The notes beneath the pieces were generated by a model that saw nothing but the letters and a program-made list of their open reading frames with translations, was not told the origin of the DNA and did not search any database. A program made the position numbers and the translations under genes. DNA of 63,437 nt, counting the filler, from Circinaria calcarea (taxonomy: Eukaryota), in the NCBI GenBank assembly GCA_051942165.1. It is 30 parts of 30 records of this genome, joined end to end, with 100 filler letters (N's around TTAATTAATTAA, not from the genome) between each part and the next. Parts side by side here need not be neighbours in the genome. Positions count along the whole stretch, not along the records: positions 57,219 to 59,225 come from JAVECS010003980.1; positions 59,326 to 61,332 come from JAVECS010003981.1; positions 61,433 to 63,437 come from JAVECS010003982.1; 27 more parts are not named here. The stretch is one strand, 5' to 3'. This document shows positions 57,274 through 63,437 of this stretch, piece after piece. Every line of letters begins with the position of its first letter. The stretch's first letter is position 1.

Positions 57274-59223
57274 TCAGACCAACGACCACCGCGCAATCCT
57301 CCCCACCCCCCACCCCGCTTCTCTAATAATACAAATCCCACCCTTCCCTCCCTCTTTAATCTCCTTCGTCACCCTTTCGAGAGCAACACTTCCGACCGCC
57401 GTTCCGCGACCTTCGCCGAGATTGTAATTCCCGGTTGTGACGAAGCCGATGAGGTCCTCTTCGCCAGGGACGATGGGGTAGTCTGGGTGGCCGGCTTGGG
57501 GGATACCGTCAGAGGAAAGGTGAGGAGTTGAGGTAGGAGGGTGAAGAAGTGAGGAAGCTAGTGACGCGCGAGCATCGGAGGGATGGGCTTTTTTGTTAGG
57601 TATATTGCGCGGGGATCTTGGATGAGAGTGGTTGGCGGATCTTCTCCGGGGTGGTAGAACTTGCTGGAGCCATGCGGAATGGAGAGCAGGATTTGACGTT
57701 GGGAGTCTGTAGATGCGAGCGCATGCTGTTGGGCTGCCGCGGTGGAGAAGGGTGATGGTGATAGTGATTAGTGTCCTTGGAGACGGTGGGTCTGACATAG
57801 ACGGGAGATGGGGAGAAGGGATTTGGCGAAGGTTGTAAGAAGGAATCTGAGTGACTTTTGCCTTCTTACTAGGTGCAAGATCTTTGGCTATAGTACCATC
57901 TTTGGGTACTCGGGCTTCTTTCGGAGCTTTGGGTGATTTAGACGTTTTGGCTCCTTCGAGCCCCTTGATCACCCCAGGCGCTTCGGCTCCCTCCGGCTGT
58001 TGGACAACTTCTGATACTCTGACTGGCTGCGAAGCTTGACCCTGATCAGTGACTTTGAGAGTACCTGCTTCATCCCCAAGGGCCGATGAAGGTATGCTCA
58101 GCCTATCAAACAATCTTTCCCAGTCACATGCCCAACCCATGCCAATCTCACCTTTCCTTCCAGCCCCTAAATCAACGCTGTCCCACTCAATCCTCTTTCC
58201 CTTGGGTCTTTTCTCCCAGTTAGCTTTCCGCTTATCACGCTCACGCAGTTCCCATTCCCATCCCGCCTTCGTCCCCGGAAAGTCACCCGGAAACCATGGC
58301 ATGTCTTGCTCGAATGACAACTGTTGGATTTCTCGCAGACCACCAAATCGGGGAGTGCCTCCCGAGGAAAGCGGATAATACATGAGAGAATACCATACTG
58401 GTAAGACACACTTCCATGGTAGAAGAACGGTCCAGGAACCTTGCCCATGAGTCGTGTTTTCTGATCGTGAAGCAAGTAGCAGGATCGGAATTTGTGGGTC
58501 TGTTGGAAGAGTGGATGGATATTGGCCTGGGAGAGCATCACTCTTTCGGCGATTAATAGATTTTTGACTGGGAAGCAACCGACTCGCTGTTAGACGCGCG
58601 TTACGATCAAAGAGTGACGGTACGCTGTGTAAATTATCAGGCAGCCAAGATGACAATATCTGGAGGAGCTCATCACTTCCTACAGAGTGTGTGGGGGCGA
58701 TCGTACGAGGCGGATGGTGTAAACGAGGGTCGCAAATGTCAAGACCAAGCATTGCATTTGCGGGTACGCTCGCAGGATTGGTGATTGCCGCGAGCGACGT
58801 CCAGAGGCTTCCGATATTGAGAGCAGACTTGGCGCCATTGGTGTTAGCTATGATAGGCTTGAGAGCTCCCACCAGGGCTTCTGTAGCTTCAGGGCCCATG
58901 ATTTCTATGCTGCCAATTTCAAATCGTAGATCCTCAACCAAAGCGGGTGGTCGTTGCATTTTCGAGACTTTTAGAACTTCATTCCAAAGTTGTAGAAATC
59001 CAGAAGGATGCACTCTAAAGAACATGCGCCTTCTGTGCTTTGCCTTAGTCTTCTTGGATGCAGCTTCGTTCTGGGCAGAGACTTTCTCCTCATCTATATC
59101 ATCTCGCTGATCTTTGGCCAGTCCCTGTTCAATAGGTTGTCCATGGTCCATAACTTCGTCTCGATCAGTATCTTTCTCCTGGTCTCCAGCTTGTACTCGA
59201 CTTATAGATTCCTCTAGGACTAT
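57274..59223 (-). CDS. POP1: RNase P/MRP subunit Pop1, 5' partial
   Basis: RVHPSGF, DPRLHHPP, POPLD-type WTVLLPW...FPGDFPGTKAG, RPKGKR and C-terminal LIGFVTTGNYNLGEGRG. Confidence 0.94.
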   Translation of the reverse strand: MVLEESISRVQAGDQEKDTDRDEVMDHGQPIEQGLAKDQRDDIDEEKVSAQNEAASKKTKAKHRRRMFFRVHPSGFLQLWNEVLKVSKMQRPPALVEDLRFEIGSIEIMGPEATEALVGALKPIIANTNGAKSALNIGSLWTSLAAITNPASVPANAMLGLDICDPRLHHPPRTIAPTHSVGSDELLQILSSWLPDNLHSVPSLFDRNARLTASRLLPSQKSINRRKSDALPGQYPSTLPTDPQIPILLLASRSENTTHGQGSWTVLLPWKCVLPVWYSLMYYPLSSGGTPRFGGLREIQQLSFEQDMPWFPGDFPGTKAGWEWELRERDKRKANWEKRPKGKRIEWDSVDLGAGRKGEIGMGWACDWERLFDRLSIPSSALGDEAGTLKVTDQGQASQPVRVSEVVQQPEGAEAPGVIKGLEGAKTSKSPKAPKEARVPKDGTIAKDLAPSKKAKVTQIPSYNLRQIPSPHLPSMSDPPSPRTLITITITLLHRGSPTACARIYRLPTSNPALHSAWLQQVLPPRRRSANHSHPRSPRNIPNKKAHPSDARASLASSLLHPPTSTPHLSSDGIPQAGHPDYPIVPGEEDLIGFVTTGNYNLGEGRGTAVGSVALERVTKEIKEGGKGGICIIREAGWGVGRIARWSLV

Positions 59224-59325
59224 AGNNNNNNNNNNNNNNNNNNNNNNNNNNNNNNNNNNNNNNNNNNNNTTAATTAATTAANNNNNNNNNNNNNNNNNNN
59301 NNNNNNNNNNNNNNNNNNNNNNNNN

Positions 59326-61332
59326 GGAGGGGCATGTGGGTTGCGAGGAACATGTGATAGGTTTGGATGGAGGCGCGGATAAAGAGGCAGGAGAGGGGGA
59401 TGGTGGGGAGGCCGAGGCGGCGGGTGAGATTTTGGTCTACAAAGGCCTGTTTTTGATGGGGATTTAGTAGTGATAGTCAGAGGGTTGGGAACAGAGCTAA
59501 GAAGGAGGGGAACACGCACGTTGGAATAGTAGTCTTTTGCTAGGACGTCGAGGAAGCGGCCGTATATGTTGGGTTTAGTATTGTTAAATTTGGTAATGTA
59601 GGCATGCTTGAGCCAGTCGACTAGCATTTCTGTACCCAGGACTAGGAGGAAAGGACCCATGACTTGGCCCGTCCAATCAGGGAAGATCGTGAAGCTTTTC
59701 GGGAGAATGCTGGAGCTCCTGACTGGGCTGCCCGTTGCTGACCCGGCGCTGCTCGAACCTCCGAGGCTGTTCGTTTCGATTATGTTTCGAGATGCAATGA
59801 TGATCAGCATCAGCCATAGCTGAAAGCGCTCGACCACGTCTGCACAGGTAAGCTGGAAAAGGTTGTCCTTTTCGATCTTCTTGAAGACAGTGGACTTGAT
59901 TTCTACAAATTGATTCGACATCAGGAGGGTTAGAAGTGCATTGGAATAGGAATTGACGGCAACGTTTAGCGTGATGACCTGATAGAAGAGCGCCGTCGCA
60001 TGAACAAGATTATAGACAAGGGCTAGGAGGAATAGCCAGAATGGTCTCAAGACTTTGCTCCGACCATCGGGCTTTCGTTCAAGGGTTTCTTTGGAAAACA
60101 AACATTCTAGTACGTCCTGTCCTAGGGCCGATAAGAGTCGGTCGCAGACCTAATAGAAATGTGAGCTTATGATAAGGATTAACGAGTAACGGAGCTCATA
60201 CTTCGAGCACGTTGTAGATAACATATAATTTGATAGCTGCTTGCCCGCGGATACTATGATACATCATGCTAGCATCAAAGTACATGAGGATAGCGCAGCT
60301 AATCAAGATCAGGAGACCCTTCAAGATGTCTGCTTTGTCATTCGGCATCAACGCTGAAGGGGCTGACTTGATTTTACGGTGCTTCTGCCCAGTAGTGCGG
60401 TGGCGCTTACGATTTGACCCCGAATGAGAATGCAAAGCACCTGGATTTTCTGACAACGTGGGAAACTGGAACTGTGGCGATTGTGGTGTGGAAAGTGAAG
60501 AAGAAGTCGTGTGGAATTCCAAACCATCCATGTCTGAAAAGTGCTCGGAGGTATTTTCTCGAGGCGGTATACAGGACTGTTGTTGTCTCCTTCGCCACAC
60601 CCTACCAATTCCGGCGTAGATGAAAGCTCCAATGGACCGGGCTTCCTTTGCTATGTTTTTACCCCAGGATACGCTCAAGATGTGAAGGGCTTTGAAGAAT
60701 CTCAAAGGTAATATGGTAAAAGAGTAAAGCCAGGCATCTAAACATGCAAGTGCGCCAAACCACAAGACCAGCTCGAGGTGAGGGGGCAGAAGTAAAAAAT
60801 TCATCAACCGCTCCATCTTAACGCGTGATGACTCATATGGAATATCGCTAGTAGCTGAGCGATGTATGTATAGTGGAGATGGACGTTGCGAAGATAGTTC
60901 AAGGTGCAAATAGGTAGGAATTGAAAAGGGCGGTAATGGTATCGACGATGGTATTGGTGAGGGTAAAGTTTCATCAACCCTGTGTGGCTTCAAGGTGGAT
61001 TTTGCCACATCTAAGTCCAGTGGAGGGGGAACGGATTTGCTTGATTTGGGCTGTACTACGGATCCGTGAGTTGCACCCCCTAATTTGCTATTTGATTTAG
61101 CTCTCCTCAGAAGAGGCGTTGAGACCGCCCGAGACGCGGAATGTGGCCTCTCCAGCGCGCTGGTGTCTTTGATTGATATAGGTGTAGGAGAACGCTGAGC
61201 AGTGTTCTTTCGAGGAGATTGCCGTGCCATGTTACTCCCAGATCTCTGCCTGCTTTGGCATCTTTCATCAGAATCCTGCATAGAAATCTGCTCTAAGGGC
61301 CCGGTATTCTGCAGCTCAGACTTTTGAGGCGA
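59326..61332 (-). CDS. EMP65: ER membrane protein Emp65/TAPT1 (DUF747), partial; introns 60201-60150 and 59519-59447
   Basis: YHSIRGQAAIKLYVIYNVLEV|CDRL, SNQFVEIKSTVFKK, ADVVERFQ, VDWLKHAYITKFN and TRRLGLP motifs. Confidence 0.93.
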
Positions 61333-61432
61333 NNNNNNNNNNNNNNNNNNNNNNNNNNNNNNNNNNNNNNNNNNNNTTAATTAATTAANNNNNNNNNNNN
61401 NNNNNNNNNNNNNNNNNNNNNNNNNNNNNNNN

Positions 61433-61514
61433 GGAGTAGGAGGGTGGTGGGATAAGGAGTGGGAAGGATGGGTTGGTTGTGAAGGGGAGTAGGAGGGTGG
61501 TGGGATAAGGAGTG
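61433..61514. repeat. 29-bp direct repeat (61433-61461 and 61486-61514)
   Basis: GGAGTAGGAGGGTGGTGGGATAAGGAGTG occurs twice. Confidence 0.85.
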
Positions 61515-62799
61515 AGGAGGGAGGTTTTGGAGAAGGGGAAGGGACGGAAGGTAAGATGCGGATGGACAGATCTGATGGTGAATTTTCATGAAAGAGAGCA
61601 AAATATTATGGTGGATTTGACGACGAATTCACTTGAATAGATGCATATAAGGTATAGGATTCTCCGAAAATGTGTTCAGAACTTACCTCAATTAACACAG
61701 AAGAGAAAGGTCACAGAACCTAACGAGTGTAAGAACAGGAAATTGCAATGCATATCCCCCGTAGCTATGAAATTTGCCATTTCATTCCCTCTCCCCACAC
61801 CGCTTTGTTTTTAGGTAGCAGTTTCTGAGAAAGGGACTAGGTAAGATTACTTCCAGAGATCCCTGCCAATTGCAGGTTCTGCCGCAGGGTGGCTGCCGCA
61901 AAATTCGTCCCTGATATGGATGGCATTATGATTACGACAGTGAGAGTTTTTCTTTTTCTTGCCGCGATAACCTGCCCTTAACACAATTGGGCCATTGGTG
62001 ATAGTTGACCTCGCGAAGGGTGTAAGTAAGGTCCTTGGCTCAGTGCCTTTAGGGGCCAATCGCCTTGGAGCCAATCAATGACCCCTCCCTCCTGACAAAA
62101 AAAGTGGTTAATTTCGGATTCTCCCCAGCGTAGTTTGCTCGCCTAACAAAGGGCCTAACAAAGGGCCCCTACCACAGTGGCCACGCCTTGACTTCCGGGG
62201 GCTTTACGCCCGTTGTTTGTGGGAGAGCGACGGTCGGTAAGTAGAATTAAACAACCACTTTTTTCTGTCAAGCGCGTGCGCTCCTAGCGTACTCGGTACT
62301 CGGCAAGGACCATTTCGTTTCAACAAATCCCTATCACGCCGTTGAAACATGGCACGTGGACTTTCTTAAGCGAACCCCACTCCCCACCAATCATTTTCGG
62401 CAAGCACGGAGTTGTCAAAAACCTCGACGTTCGATGATGGTTTCTCTAGCGCGCTGGGAATTTCCGGATTGGGTAATTCTTAGAATACGTGAGGTATTGA
62501 AAAGTGTGATTCTTGAATGGCTTTTGGCGGCCTGGTTACGGGTCGCTAGTGTGTAATAATTACAAGGCCTTTTAGCTCATGTTACGAAGTACTCCGCACC
62601 GCCGTGCCCGATTAGTTCTTGGTGTCGATGTTGATGGGATGACAGCTTCACAACACCGCATCAGAATACAATCATACAAGTGCGCAAAACCTCGTAACTA
62701 TCGGTATCCTAGCATCTACACGACTACATCCGAGTTAACTTAAAGAAAGTATATTCGAAGGCTACTCACAACTTGACTTTGGGAGAGGTCCGATAAAGC

Positions 62800-63437
62800 A
62801 TGGCACGCCCTGCAGCACTGGTCGTGCCGGCGTTGAACAAGCACACGGCCACGGTGATTTTTGCTCACGGACTAGGAGACGAGGGGAGCAGCTGGTGAGA
62901 TGCCTATGTGGAAAGGGGCACATGCAGAGAACCCTAATCAACACTTGTAGGTTGGGACTGGCACAAAACTGGCGCCGCCGAGGGAGGTTCGAGGAGGTTG
63001 CTTTTATCTTCCCGACTGCTCCCCAAATGCGTATTAAAGCAGTAGGTTATCTGCCATCTTGAAGGATGTAGAAGCTGATGCTGATGCAAATAGAATGGTG
63101 GGGCTGTAATGGAAGGATGGTATGACATCGTAAGAGACCGCCAGACCGTTTGTCTACAATTTCTTATTACTCGCTGTTCCTCGCATGTTTTACTTTCTGT
63201 TTCGCAATGTTGGTGTATGAAAGTCCGTTCGATCTGATGTTCTGCAGGCCACATTCAACTCGCTTGCGCAAGCCCATGATGAACCGGGTATCATAAAATC
63301 TCGGGACTACTTTAACTCCCTCATCAAAGCCGAGAACGAGAAAGGCATCCCTTCTTCTCGCGTAGTACTAGGTAATGTAAGGCCAATTAGGAATTTAGAA
63401 GAGTTGCTAACATGGCCAAGGCGGCTTCTCTCAAGGG
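62800..63437 (+). CDS. Acyl-protein thioesterase / phospholipase-carboxylesterase, 5 exons visible, 3' partial; not in ORF track
   Basis: Spliced frame: HTATVIFAHGLGD...NWRRR...FIFPTAP...MEGWYDI...DEPGI...IPSSRVVLG|GFSQG (GxSxG nucleophile), with four GT-AG introns. Confidence 0.93.

Overview
This window is not a contiguous locus. It is 30 unrelated ~2-kb contigs (2033 down to 2005 bp, in descending size order) joined by an artificial 100-nt linker (N44-TTAATTAATTAA-N44), so adjacency across a linker has no biological meaning. The DNA is from one or more filamentous ascomycetes (Pezizomycotina), judged from short GT-AG introns with CTRAC-type branch points and from protein similarity. One contig is mitochondrial (unknown ORF204, atp9, trnC, 5' end of nad2). 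The others carry mostly partial nuclear genes: ASI-type RING ligase, ABTB1/Btb3-like, REC8, an ENA-type ATPase pseudogene, BLM10, a complete UstYa/DUF3328 oxidase, LST4/FNIP, U2SURP-like, BRF1, RIB5, DUF1688, a P450, DHR2, two MFS transporters, SAS10, a kinase tail, AVO1, GH16, an ExoIII-family nuclease, POP2/CAF1, a PTH11-like protein, ADE4, POP1, EMP65/TAPT1 and acyl-protein thioesterase. Transposon relics are also present (a solo LTR, a probable DNA-transposon end truncating a gene, a decayed repeat). The most interesting signals are (i) a duplicated atp9 3' end bracketing a degenerate ~37-nt repeat array, next to an orphan mitochondrial ORF, and (ii) a Cys-domain protein with Kex2-type tandem peptide repeats, in a sample that also encodes a UstYa oxidase on an unlinked contig. 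All family assignments are from motif recognition by eye; no searches were run.
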